32,000 bases of DNA, from NCBI GenBank assembly GCA_001897305.1, contig MKSO01000001.1:1-32000 (forward strand), given 5' to 3'. Below the pieces are notes generated by a model. It made no database searches and had not been told where the DNA came from. It saw nothing but the letters and a program-made list of their open reading frames with translations. This stretch comes from Candidatus Saccharimonadota bacterium. GTDB taxonomy: Bacteria > Patescibacteriota > Saccharimonadia > Saccharimonadales > Saccharimonadaceae. The first letter of the stretch is position 1; each line of letters opens with the position of its first letter. A program made the position numbers and the translations under genes. This document shows positions 9,574 to 16,849 of this stretch, piece by piece.

Positions 9574-10388
9574 TACACATTCTCCGCAAAATAAGGTGAC
9601 TGCTTTTTAAAGTACCAAGCACCTAATAATAGAACTACTACCGACAGAACAACAGGTATTAAAGCGATCACCCAGTTACCGCTTATAGATAAGAGCGTAT
9701 CAGCCTCACCACTGACCATTGCTTGTCGGACGTTTTGAATAACCTGCGCAACAGGGTTTAAAAGAAGAAGTTCAGCGAATTCCCGACCCCTACTTAGCAG
9801 CATAGTTATAGGATAGATAACAATGGAAGCATAGAACAATCCTTGCATAACAATTTCCCATATGTAGTTTATGTCTCTCAACTTCACAAATAAAGCACTC
9901 ATAAAGAACGCCAATCCAAGCGCAAAAGCTGTTAACTCAAGGATATACACTGGTGCCAATAGCATCTCAAATCGAAATTCTACACCCGATACAAGCATAA
10001 AGATAATAACAACCACCAGGTTAATAAGGAAGTTGATACCAGCAGATATTGTACTTGCGAGTACGATAATATACTTTGGAAAGTTAATTTTTCGCATAAT
10101 ATCACCGCGACTTACCACTGCAACTACTCCATTGTTTGTGACCTCGGCAAAAAAGTTCCAAATAACTATACCTAGTAACAATTGTACAGGCCAATGCGGC
10201 ACCCCATCACCAACACGAAGGAAGTATACAAATACAACATACATGATCAAGAAAAGGAAAAGTGGTTTCATTAACGACCAGAGGTATCCCAATGCAGACC
10301 CTTGATACCGTAGTTTAAACTCAGTAATAACAAGTTGCCTCAGCAAGATAAGAGAGTATCGGTATTTAGATAGAAGATTTTTGTACAT
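9573..10388 (-). CDS. ABC-2 type polysaccharide exporter permease (Wzm/TagG type)
   Basis: 271-aa ORF with about six hydrophobic helices. The N-terminal ELKLRYQGSALGYLW-type motif (here EFKLRYQGSALGYLWSL) is typical of ABC-2 permeases. It overlaps the ATPase gene by 1 nt. Confidence 0.85.
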   Translation of the reverse strand: MYKNLLSKYRYSLILLRQLVITEFKLRYQGSALGYLWSLMKPLFLFLIMYVVFVYFLRVGDGVPHWPVQLLLGIVIWNFFAEVTNNGVVAVVSRGDIMRKINFPKYIIVLASTISAGINFLINLVVVIIFMLVSGVEFRFEMLLAPVYILELTAFALGLAFFMSALFVKLRDINYIWEIVMQGLFYASIVIYPITMLLSRGREFAELLLLNPVAQVIQNVRQAMVSGEADTLLSISGNWVIALIPVVLSVVVLLLGAWYFKKQSPYFAENV

Positions 10389-10401
10389 AGTAATTACCTT
10401 A

Positions 10402-10407
10402 ATTATA
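10402..10407 (-). promoter_or_regulatory. Candidate -10 hexamer (TATAAT on the minus strand) for the exporter/GT operon
   Basis: The minus strand reads ...TTGTAAACTATCTCTGCTATAATTAAGGTAATTACTATG. A perfect TATAAT lies 13 nt before the ATG at 10388, and no well-spaced -35 is present. Confidence 0.35.
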
Positions 10408-10450
10408 GCAGAGATAGTTTACAACCCTTCATGTTTTTACAAACACCCAA

Positions 10451-10459
10451 TGGTATACT
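10451..10459 (+). promoter_or_regulatory. Candidate extended -10 promoter (TGgTATACT) for the GT2-gtrA-GT4 operon; predicts a leaderless mRNA
   Basis: TGG is at 10451-10453 and TATACT at 10454-10459. Seven nt (gtaaaca) then lead to the ATG at 10467. There is no Shine-Dalgarno in between. Confidence 0.4.
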
Positions 10460-10466
10460 GTAAACA

Positions 10467-11426
10467 ATGAAGACTATATCCGTTCTTATCCCCGCCTACA
10501 ACGAAGAGCCCGTCCTCGAAAAGCTTTTCACCCGGCTTGCAAACCTTGCCAACGAGGTAAAAGAGTACGACTTCGAATTTCTATTCGTTAATGACGGGAG
10601 TAAAGATAATACCCTGGGTATTATTAAAGATTTTGCCGAAAAAGATAGCCGAGTAAGTTATATTAATTTATCACGAAACTTTGGGAAAGAGATTGGTATG
10701 ATCGCCGGCCTTGATTACGTACAAGGTGACGCAACCGTTATTATTGATGCCGACCTTCAAGACCCGCCAGAACTCATACCAGAAATGATCAAGCTCTGGG
10801 AGGAAGGCTACGATGACGTCTATGCGAAGCGTCGCAGCCGCGAAGGCGAGTCATGGCTTAAAAAGTACACCTCAAAAATGTATTACCGTACCCTTCAAAA
10901 AATTACTCACATACCCATTCAAGAGGATACCGGTGACTTTCGACTTCTGGACAAACGGGTTGTTGAAGCGATTCGTCAATTCCGAGACACGCAGCGTAAC
11001 GCCAAGGCTATTTTTAGCTGGGTTGGTTTTCATAAGAAAGAAATCCTTTACGACCGCGATGAACGTGCGGCTGGTATGACAAAATGGAGTTATCCAAAAC
11101 TCGTAAACCTCGCCATTGACGGCATTACTTCGTTTACTACTGCACCATTACGTATTTCAACCTACGTTGGGGCTGGTGTTTCAATACTAGCTTTTCTCTA
11201 TCTTCTCTTTTTAGTTATCCGTACAACATTCTTCGGAACTGATCTTGCCGGGTATCCTTCAATGATGGCGGTCATTCTGTTTCTTGGGGGTGTACAGCTA
11301 TTGTTCCTTGGTATAATTGGGGAGTATGTTGGCCGTATCTTTAACGAAACAAAACAACGTCCACTGTATTTAATAGAGGAATATCATAATGGAAAAACTC
11401 CTAAAAAAACACGGTCAAAAAATTAG
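10467..11426 (+). CDS. GT2 polyprenyl-phosphate sugar synthase (GtrB/CsbB/ArnC/DPM1-like)
   Basis: 319-aa ORF with the N-terminus ISVLIPAYNEE and DxD region IIDADLQDPPE. Two C-terminal hydrophobic helices follow the catalytic domain, which is the typical architecture of bactoprenol-phosphate glycosyltransferases. Confidence 0.85.
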   Translation: MKTISVLIPAYNEEPVLEKLFTRLANLANEVKEYDFEFLFVNDGSKDNTLGIIKDFAEKDSRVSYINLSRNFGKEIGMIAGLDYVQGDATVIIDADLQDPPELIPEMIKLWEEGYDDVYAKRRSREGESWLKKYTSKMYYRTLQKITHIPIQEDTGDFRLLDKRVVEAIRQFRDTQRNAKAIFSWVGFHKKEILYDRDERAAGMTKWSYPKLVNLAIDGITSFTTAPLRISTYVGAGVSILAFLYLLFLVIRTTFFGTDLAGYPSMMAVILFLGGVQLLFLGIIGEYVGRIFNETKQRPLYLIEEYHNGKTPKKTRSKN

Positions 11427-11817
11427 ATTTGCAATTGTTGGTGGGGCAAACACTGCCCTCGACTTCGCAATTCTATTTATCCTTACCTTCTCGGGTATGA
11501 ACCAGATTGTCGCTAACTACTTCTCTACTGGCATCTCTCTTATATTTAGCTTTTTTGCTAATAAATCGTTCACCTTCAAGCACAAGAGTGGTAACGCAAA
11601 AAAGCAGTTTATCGCCTTCCTTGTCATTACTCTGATCGGTCTTTGGGTGATCCAACCTTTGATTATTTGGATCAGCACTTCGAGTCTCGCCCCCTATATC
11701 CATAACGAAGCTATTAACTTATTTATTGCCAAGCTTATCGCAACGGTAGCCTCGCTTATTTGGAATTACCTTCTCTACTCTCGTTTAGTATTTAAGAAAC
11801 CAGAAAGCGAAAAATAG
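11389..11817 (+). CDS. GtrA-family small membrane protein (putative lipid-linked sugar flippase component)
   Basis: 142-aa ORF with four hydrophobic helices. The N-terminal motif RFAIVGGANTALDF is typical of the GtrA family. An AGAGGAA Shine-Dalgarno lies 8 nt upstream. It overlaps the GT2 gene by 38 nt. Confidence 0.8.
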   Translation: MEKLLKKHGQKIRFAIVGGANTALDFAILFILTFSGMNQIVANYFSTGISLIFSFFANKSFTFKHKSGNAKKQFIAFLVITLIGLWVIQPLIIWISTSSLAPYIHNEAINLFIAKLIATVASLIWNYLLYSRLVFKKPESEK

Positions 11818-12908
11818 TGGCACACATTGCCATTGATGCGCGTATTATAAACTCTAGTACTGGCCGCTATGTCGAGCGCCTTGTTACCTATTTACAAGAC
11901 GTGGATACAAAAAATAACTACACGATTCTTGTTCGCCAAAAAGATGAAACCTACTGGAAACCCCGCAATGCAAACTTTTCGGTTAAAGTTGCTGACTTCG
12001 ACAACTACTCTTTTAACGAACAGATTGGCTTTCATCGCTTTCTAAAAAAGCTTAACGCTGACCTGGTGCACTTTTGTATGCCTCAGCAACCCCTTGGATA
12101 CAAGGGTAAGAAGGTTACTACTTTTCACGACCTTACACTCCTCAAAACCTATAACTCGGACAAAAACTGGTTCGTTTTTCATGCCAAACAAAAGGTAGGT
12201 CGGTATGTGTTTCGACGGGTAGCTAACGAAAACAATCATATTATTGCTATCAGTCAGTTTACAAAACAGGAGCTTCAAGCCTTCACTCCCATTAACGATG
12301 AGAAAATATCGGTTATATACGAAGCCTCCGACGTCTCTGCTATTACCCCCAAACACTACAAGCTACCATTTAAAAAGTATCTGTTGTACGTTGGACAACA
12401 GTCTGACTATAAAAACATTAAACGGCTTGGCGATGCCCACCAACTACTGTTGGCAAAATACCCTGACCTCGGCCTTGTATTAGTAGGAAAAAAGAATGCG
12501 TCAGCACTAGCAAATGAAACGTATTTCAATGAACGAGGCTATAAAAATATCCTCTTTACCGACTTTGTTGAAGATAATCAGTTAAGTTGGCTTTACACAC
12601 ACGCAAGCGCGTATACTTTTCCCTCTCTTATGGAGGGGTTTGGGCTACCTGGCCTTGAAGCGATGGGGTATGGCGTGCCTGTAGTTAGTAGTAATGCCAC
12701 CTGCCTGCCCGAAGTATACGGGCCAGCCGCACACTATTTTAACCCCCTCGATACAAGTGATATAGCTGAGGCGATTGACCAAGTTTTAAGCGACGATAAG
12801 CTTCGTATTCGCCTTGCTAAAGCCGGCTTTAAACAGATCAAGAAATATTCTTGGAAGAAACAGGCTCAAGAAACGTATAAGGTGTATATGAAAGTTTTAG
12901 GCTCTTAA
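11817..12908 (+). CDS. Glycosyltransferase family 4-like
   Basis: 363-aa ORF. Its GTG start overlaps the gtrA-like stop by 1 nt (TAGTG). Motifs are IAIDARII..STGRYV and MEGFGLPGLEAMGYGVPVVSSN. Confidence 0.85.
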   Translation: MAHIAIDARIINSSTGRYVERLVTYLQDVDTKNNYTILVRQKDETYWKPRNANFSVKVADFDNYSFNEQIGFHRFLKKLNADLVHFCMPQQPLGYKGKKVTTFHDLTLLKTYNSDKNWFVFHAKQKVGRYVFRRVANENNHIIAISQFTKQELQAFTPINDEKISVIYEASDVSAITPKHYKLPFKKYLLYVGQQSDYKNIKRLGDAHQLLLAKYPDLGLVLVGKKNASALANETYFNERGYKNILFTDFVEDNQLSWLYTHASAYTFPSLMEGFGLPGLEAMGYGVPVVSSNATCLPEVYGPAAHYFNPLDTSDIAEAIDQVLSDDKLRIRLAKAGFKQIKKYSWKKQAQETYKVYMKVLGS

Positions 12909-12909
12909 T

Positions 12910-13371
12910 TTAAGAACTTGCCTGGGCAATGGTAATACGGCGCTCAACACCATCACCTTCCGAAAAGGTTCGAATATCAGAATACTCAGCCGCCACTTGG
13001 TGAACAATTCGACGATCAGCCGCATTTAGCGTCTCAACATGAGAGGTGCCCGTTTTACGTACTTCTTCAATCCAACCGCGAGCTTTTTCCGCTAAACGAT
13101 CTGCTCGTTGTCTCTTATAGTCGGCAATGTCTAAGTTTACTCGTGTAATCGCCGCGTCTTTATTACGAAGAACTGTTGATACGAGAAATTGTAGGCTGCG
13201 AAGCGTTTCAGCACCGCGACCGATAAGAAGACTGTTCACTTCCGACGAAGAAACCGATAATTCCAAGATATCATCTTGTACTACACCCGTTACCTCAACG
13301 TTAACACCGAAAAAACTTAATAAGTCAGCCACGTATTGACGTGCAAATACTACTGATTCTTCAACGTTCAT
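12910..13371 (-). CDS. jag: Jag/KhpB-type RNA-binding protein (KH-like plus R3H domains)
   Basis: 153-aa ORF with an ATGA overlap to yidC, the conserved yidC-jag pairing. The C-terminal R3H-type motif is LNAADRRIVHQVAAEY..IRTFSEGDG..RRITI. Confidence 0.8.
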   Translation of the reverse strand: MNVEESVVFARQYVADLLSFFGVNVEVTGVVQDDILELSVSSSEVNSLLIGRGAETLRSLQFLVSTVLRNKDAAITRVNLDIADYKRQRADRLAEKARGWIEEVRKTGTSHVETLNAADRRIVHQVAAEYSDIRTFSEGDGVERRITIAQASS

Positions 13372-14342
13372 GCATCCTCCTTTTTACGAGGAGTGTCTTT
13401 TGCAGTAATACGCGTAATAGTTGTTTTCGTTTTCGAGGGTGTCGCCACCTCTGCTTCACGAGCTTCGCGAGCTCGTGCTTTGGCGGTGGCCTTTTTACCA
13501 GATTTCTTAATCGCCTGGTCGGCAAGCGTATCCATCTCTTCAGCGTCACGTTTTAATAGGTAGTGTTGCTGAACGGCTGCAAACAGGTTTGACGTTACGT
13601 AGTACAGCGCAAGTGCCCCCGGAAGACTGAGCATAATAAAGAACATGAAGAGGGGAAGGATTTTAATCATCTTACTCGTCATGACGGCATTTAGTTCAGC
13701 CTGGTCTGGTTGCTTGCCCTCACCAGCTTCTGCTAGTACATCGCGTAGTCGTTTTGTACTACTTGTTGGAGAAGTTTGTTTTGAAATAATATACTGAGAA
13801 AGTGCTGCTACACCCGCCAAAATAACCAAAAACCAATCAACACCAGTAGCTGAAAAAGCGTGATGAGTGAGGTCTATAAAACCAAGAAACATTTGGTTGA
13901 ACTGGTCTGGGTGAGCAATCAAGTTTTTCACTGCCTCAAGGTTTGTCATAAACCCGTAGGTAAACTTTTCAATATTTTCACGGTGAGTGGTGAATATTTG
14001 AATCACTTGAAAAAGGGCGATGAAAATTGGAAGCTGAATAAGCAAAATAAGAATAGATCGGAACGGTTTTACCTCGTGCTTCTTATAAAGCTCGAGCATT
14101 TGCATACTCTCTAGCTGTCGATTACCTTTGGTTGCTTTTTTAATGCGAGCAAGCTCTGGTTGGAGTTTGCGCATCGCCTTTACTTGATGGAGTTGCTTTA
14201 CCACTAGCGGCCACATAGCAAAACGGACAATAACCGTAAAGATAATAACGGCTACACCAAAGTCAGCGTAGGGGACAATGCTGTAAATAAAAAGCAGCAG
14301 GTTAAAAATAGGTTGAACAATTAAAACTTCAAAGATGTTCAT
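13368..14342 (-). CDS. yidC: Membrane protein insertase YidC (short, Gram-positive/Oxa1-like form with a basic C-terminal tail)
   Basis: 324-aa ORF with about five TM helices. Conserved segments include PLVVKQ..S...M..LQPE...IKK and LP..QLPIFIALF. It sits in the rnpA-yidC-jag context. The tail is Lys/Arg-rich. Confidence 0.9.
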   Translation of the reverse strand: MNIFEVLIVQPIFNLLLFIYSIVPYADFGVAVIIFTVIVRFAMWPLVVKQLHQVKAMRKLQPELARIKKATKGNRQLESMQMLELYKKHEVKPFRSILILLIQLPIFIALFQVIQIFTTHRENIEKFTYGFMTNLEAVKNLIAHPDQFNQMFLGFIDLTHHAFSATGVDWFLVILAGVAALSQYIISKQTSPTSSTKRLRDVLAEAGEGKQPDQAELNAVMTSKMIKILPLFMFFIMLSLPGALALYYVTSNLFAAVQQHYLLKRDAEEMDTLADQAIKKSGKKATAKARAREAREAEVATPSKTKTTITRITAKDTPRKKEDA

Positions 14343-14377
14343 TACAGCCTCTCGTGTGTTTACTAGAGAATAGTATA

Positions 14378-14737
14378 TCAGTTTTCGACCGGTATATACA
14401 GGGTGGCTTTATGAAAAAGCTGGTCGAGTTGATCCGTTATCTGGCTGTATGGCATTGTACGAATTTCAGCCGAGGTACAAATAATAACTATGTCGTATGT
14501 TTCAGTAAGTCTATCTGTATGGGTACGCAGGTATTCGTAAAGGCGACGGCGAATACGATTACGCCCAACAGCTGATTTAATTACCTTCTTACTTACAACA
14601 ACCGAAAAGCGAGGGTGTGAACGATGACTATTAGGTACATATTTAATAGTAAAGCACTGTGAGCGCACCGCTTTTCCCTTAGAGTACACGTAGCGTAAGC
14701 TATTGTGCCCATGAAATCGAAATACAGATGAAATCAT
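14378..14737 (-). CDS. rnpA: Ribonuclease P protein component
   Basis: The basic RnpA-type sequence (FSVVVSKKV.KSAVGRNRIRRRLYE) lies directly downstream of rpmH. The ORF track starts at GTG 14755. I prefer the ATG at 14737 (119 aa) because it is preceded by TATAAT plus 7 nt. The start choice remains uncertain. Confidence 0.85.
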   Translation of the reverse strand: MISSVFRFHGHNSLRYVYSKGKAVRSQCFTIKYVPNSHRSHPRFSVVVSKKVIKSAVGRNRIRRRLYEYLRTHTDRLTETYDIVIICTSAEIRTMPYSQITDQLDQLFHKATLYIPVEN

Positions 14738-14770
14738 TTCTTCTATTATAGCCACAAGGAGACAAAAACT

Positions 14771-14801
14771 AAAAAATCACCCCGTATGAGGTGATTTTTT
14801 T
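14771..14801 (-). terminator. Hairpin with flanking A and T tracts between rpmH and rnpA (possible weak or bidirectional intrinsic terminator or attenuator)
   Basis: AAAAAATCACC (14771-14781) pairs perfectly with GGTGATTTTTT (14790-14800) around an 8-nt loop, CCGTATGA. On the minus strand the stem is followed by TTTTTTAGTTTTTG. Only the 5-bp TCACC/GGTGA core contains G:C pairs. Confidence 0.45.
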
Positions 14802-14815
14802 AAGTAAGACGTTGT

Positions 14816-14953
14816 CTAAACAGTTAAACGTGCGCGTCCTTTAAGACGGCGACGCTTTAGAACCTGACGTCCAGTCTTAGACGAAACACGTGCGCGGAAC
14901 CCGTGGGTACGAGCACGGTGACGAGTGTGTGGTTGGTGCGTTCGTTTTGGCAT
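14816..14953 (-). CDS. rpmH: 50S ribosomal protein L34
   Basis: Not in the ORF track because it is too short. Hand translation of the minus strand from ATG 14953 gives [45 protein letters not shown], with the stop at 14816-14818. This is the classic L34 sequence in the classic position upstream of rnpA. Confidence 0.9.
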   Translation of the reverse strand: MPKRTHQPHTRHRARTHGFRARVSSKTGRQVLKRRRLKGRARLTV

Positions 14954-14962
14954 ATCTTGGTT

Positions 14963-14991
14963 ATTATACCTTACTCACCCCTTTAAATCAA
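14963..14991 (-). promoter_or_regulatory. Candidate sigma-70-type promoter of rpmH (-35 TTGATT, 17-nt spacer, -10 TATAAT)
   Basis: The minus strand reads TTGATTtaaaggggtgagtaaggTATAATaaccaagatATG. The -10 is at 14963-14968 and the -35 at 14986-14991. Only 9 nt separate the -10 from the ATG, and there is no Shine-Dalgarno. Confidence 0.5.
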
Positions 14992-15059
14992 TCATAAGTA
15001 CTTGCTTTTTGAATAAATAGTGCCGTGGTATATAAAAACTATCCCCTCTTTCTGTTCTT

Positions 15060-15164
15060 TTTTCCACAGGTTAACAGGGGTAGTTGTTAAATGTGGATAA
15101 CTAGACCCCTATACACGGGTGGCGATACTTATTTTATTTATAACCCCTTTATGGTTGTGGAAAA
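15060..15164. promoter_or_regulatory. DnaA-box cluster in the rpmH-dnaA intergenic region (oriC part and/or dnaA autoregulation)
   Basis: TTTTCCACA at 15060-15068 matches 8/9 of TTATCCACA. TGTGGATAA at 15092-15100 is a perfect box in reverse orientation. TGTGGAAAA at 15156-15164 matches 8/9 in reverse orientation. An AT-rich run, TACTTATTTTATTTATAA, lies at about 15126-15143. Confidence 0.7.
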
Positions 15165-15184
15165 CTCTCACTCTATCGTATAGT
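15155..15184 (+). promoter_or_regulatory. Candidate dnaA promoter (-35 TTGTGG, 18-nt spacer, -10 TATAGT) overlapping a DnaA box
   Basis: TTGTGG is at 15155-15160 and TATAGT at 15179-15184. The ATG at 15223 is preceded by a GAGGGG Shine-Dalgarno. An alternative extended -10 (TGgTATATA) lies at 15026-15034. Confidence 0.35.
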
Positions 15185-15222
15185 AGAAGTAATAGATTCA
15201 ATCAAACAATATTGAGGGGAAG

Positions 15223-16617
15223 ATGCAGAAAGATTTGCATGCAATCTGGCAAGGTATATTAGGTGAAGTCGAACTTACTCTTTCGACTGGTAACTACACT
15301 GTGTTTTGGTCTAAAACAAAGCCGCTCTCTTTCGATGGTAATGAGATGGTGTTTGAAGTACCTAATATTTACGTACAGAAAAACCTTCAAACAAAATTTG
15401 ATAAACAAATCAGAGATCTATTAGCCAAGAACGAACTCTCCCCTGCAACTTTGACATACATTGTTGCATCCACTAATAAAAAACCTCGCATTAGTCGTGA
15501 GACAACCGCAACAAGCTTACCGCTAATGGAGGCTTCGTCTATAGCCAGTCCAGCGGCGGCGTCTGTGGGATATAAAGCCACACCTTCCCCACTAAGCGCT
15601 CGAGGAAACCTTAACCCTCGCTATACTTTTGATAATTTTATTGTTGGTTCTAGTAACGATCTCGCCTATTCTGCAAGTCAGGCTGTTGCCGCTAACCCAG
15701 GTGTAAAATATAACCCTATTTATTTCTACGGGGGTGTTGGTTTAGGTAAAACTCACCTCATGCAGGCTATTGGTAATGAAATTCTTAAAAATACCCCTGA
15801 CAGCCGGGTACTATATGTTAGTTCAGAAACTTTCGTGAACGAATTCCTTGATTATATTCGCTTTAAGAAAAAAGGTTTCTCCGATAAGTACCGTAATGTT
15901 GACGTGTTAATTGTTGATGACATGCAATTTATTGCAAATAAAGAAAAGACTCAGGAAGAATTTTTCCATACTTTTAATTTCCTTCATCAGAATAATAAAC
16001 AAATCATTATCTCAAGTGATAAGCCACCAAAGAGTATCCCAACCCTTACCGAACGTCTCCGTAGCCGTTTCGAAATGGGGATGAGTATTGATATTCAGAT
16101 GCCTGACTTTGAAACCCGTTGTGCCATCATTAACGCAAAAGCAGGTATTTCTGGCGTTACTCTTAACAGTGAGACGGTTGAATTTTTGGCTAATAACATT
16201 AAGACGAATATTCGTGAGTTAGAGGGGGCACTAAACCAACTCTTAGCTTACGCAGAATTGCACCATATCGAACCAGATGTCACTACTGCCGAAGGACTAC
16301 TTGGTAATGTCCGAATTTCTCGACCACAACACTTAACGAGTAAGCAAATTATTGATAAAACCGCTCGGCACTTCCAATTAAGGGTCGAGGAGATATGCGG
16401 CAGTCAACGGGATAAACATATTGTCGTACCCCGCCAGATTGCTATGTACTTATTACGAAGCGAGCTTCATTTGAGCTTTCCTAAAATCGCCGGTGAATTA
16501 GGCCGTAAGGATCACACGACCGCTATACACTCAGTTGAAAAGATTGAAAAAGCCATAAAGCTCGACTATATGATTCGCGAACAAGTAAATGCTATTCGGG
16601 AGCGTCTTTATGCGTAA
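15223..16617 (+). CDS. dnaA: Chromosomal replication initiator protein DnaA
   Basis: 464-aa ORF. Walker A is GGVGLGKTHLMQAIG and Walker B is DVLIVDDMQF. It carries the sensor and arginine motifs and the C-terminal DNA-binding helix KDHTTAIHSVEKI. Confidence 0.95.
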   Translation: MQKDLHAIWQGILGEVELTLSTGNYTVFWSKTKPLSFDGNEMVFEVPNIYVQKNLQTKFDKQIRDLLAKNELSPATLTYIVASTNKKPRISRETTATSLPLMEASSIASPAAASVGYKATPSPLSARGNLNPRYTFDNFIVGSSNDLAYSASQAVAANPGVKYNPIYFYGGVGLGKTHLMQAIGNEILKNTPDSRVLYVSSETFVNEFLDYIRFKKKGFSDKYRNVDVLIVDDMQFIANKEKTQEEFFHTFNFLHQNNKQIIISSDKPPKSIPTLTERLRSRFEMGMSIDIQMPDFETRCAIINAKAGISGVTLNSETVEFLANNIKTNIRELEGALNQLLAYAELHHIEPDVTTAEGLLGNVRISRPQHLTSKQIIDKTARHFQLRVEEICGSQRDKHIVVPRQIAMYLLRSELHLSFPKIAGELGRKDHTTAIHSVEKIEKAIKLDYMIREQVNAIRERLYA

Positions 16618-16624
16618 TACTTCC

Positions 16625-16849
16625 CTATTCACAGCCTGGGTAAAAAATGTGTACAGCTTGTGTGTTGATAGTGCTGTAAGTAGTGCACATCTATACACAG
16701 GTACTTATTTTGACCAATACAGTACCTATGAAAAGCGTGTACAACCAGCCTTTTTCACCCATTCTTTAGACAGTTTTGCACCACGTATATACACACCCAT
16801 TTTTGCTTATTTACCCCTGTTACATAGTGGGTTATTCACAGTATACACA
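16625..16849 (+). promoter_or_regulatory. Cluster of five co-oriented degenerate DnaA-box-like 9-mers in the dnaA-dnaN spacer (candidate oriC core)
   Basis: The 9-mers are CTATTCACA 16625-16633, CTATACACA 16691-16699, ATATACACA 16787-16795, TTATTCACA 16832-16840 (8/9) and GTATACACA 16841-16849. The last two abut each other and are followed by an AT-rich stretch running to dnaN. Confidence 0.5.

Noticed and set aside
8668-10305. Antisense ORFs of 118 and 144 aa inside the ABC ATPase and permease genes
   Set aside because: They oppose genes with unambiguous Walker, signature and ABC-2 motifs. Such ORFs are a typical by-product of AT-rich codon usage.
13341-13556. 71-aa (+) and 62-aa (-) ORFs over the yidC 3' end
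   Set aside because: These are alternative frames of the Lys/Arg/Ala-rich YidC tail. The basic, repetitive translations are frame artefacts.
14738-14755. GTG start at 14755 for rnpA (125-aa version in the ORF track)
   Set aside because: It is not excluded, but the extension (MAIIEE) contains the TATAAT hexamer and lacks an SD. The ATG at 14737 gives a typical 119-aa RnpA. Kept as the alternative start.
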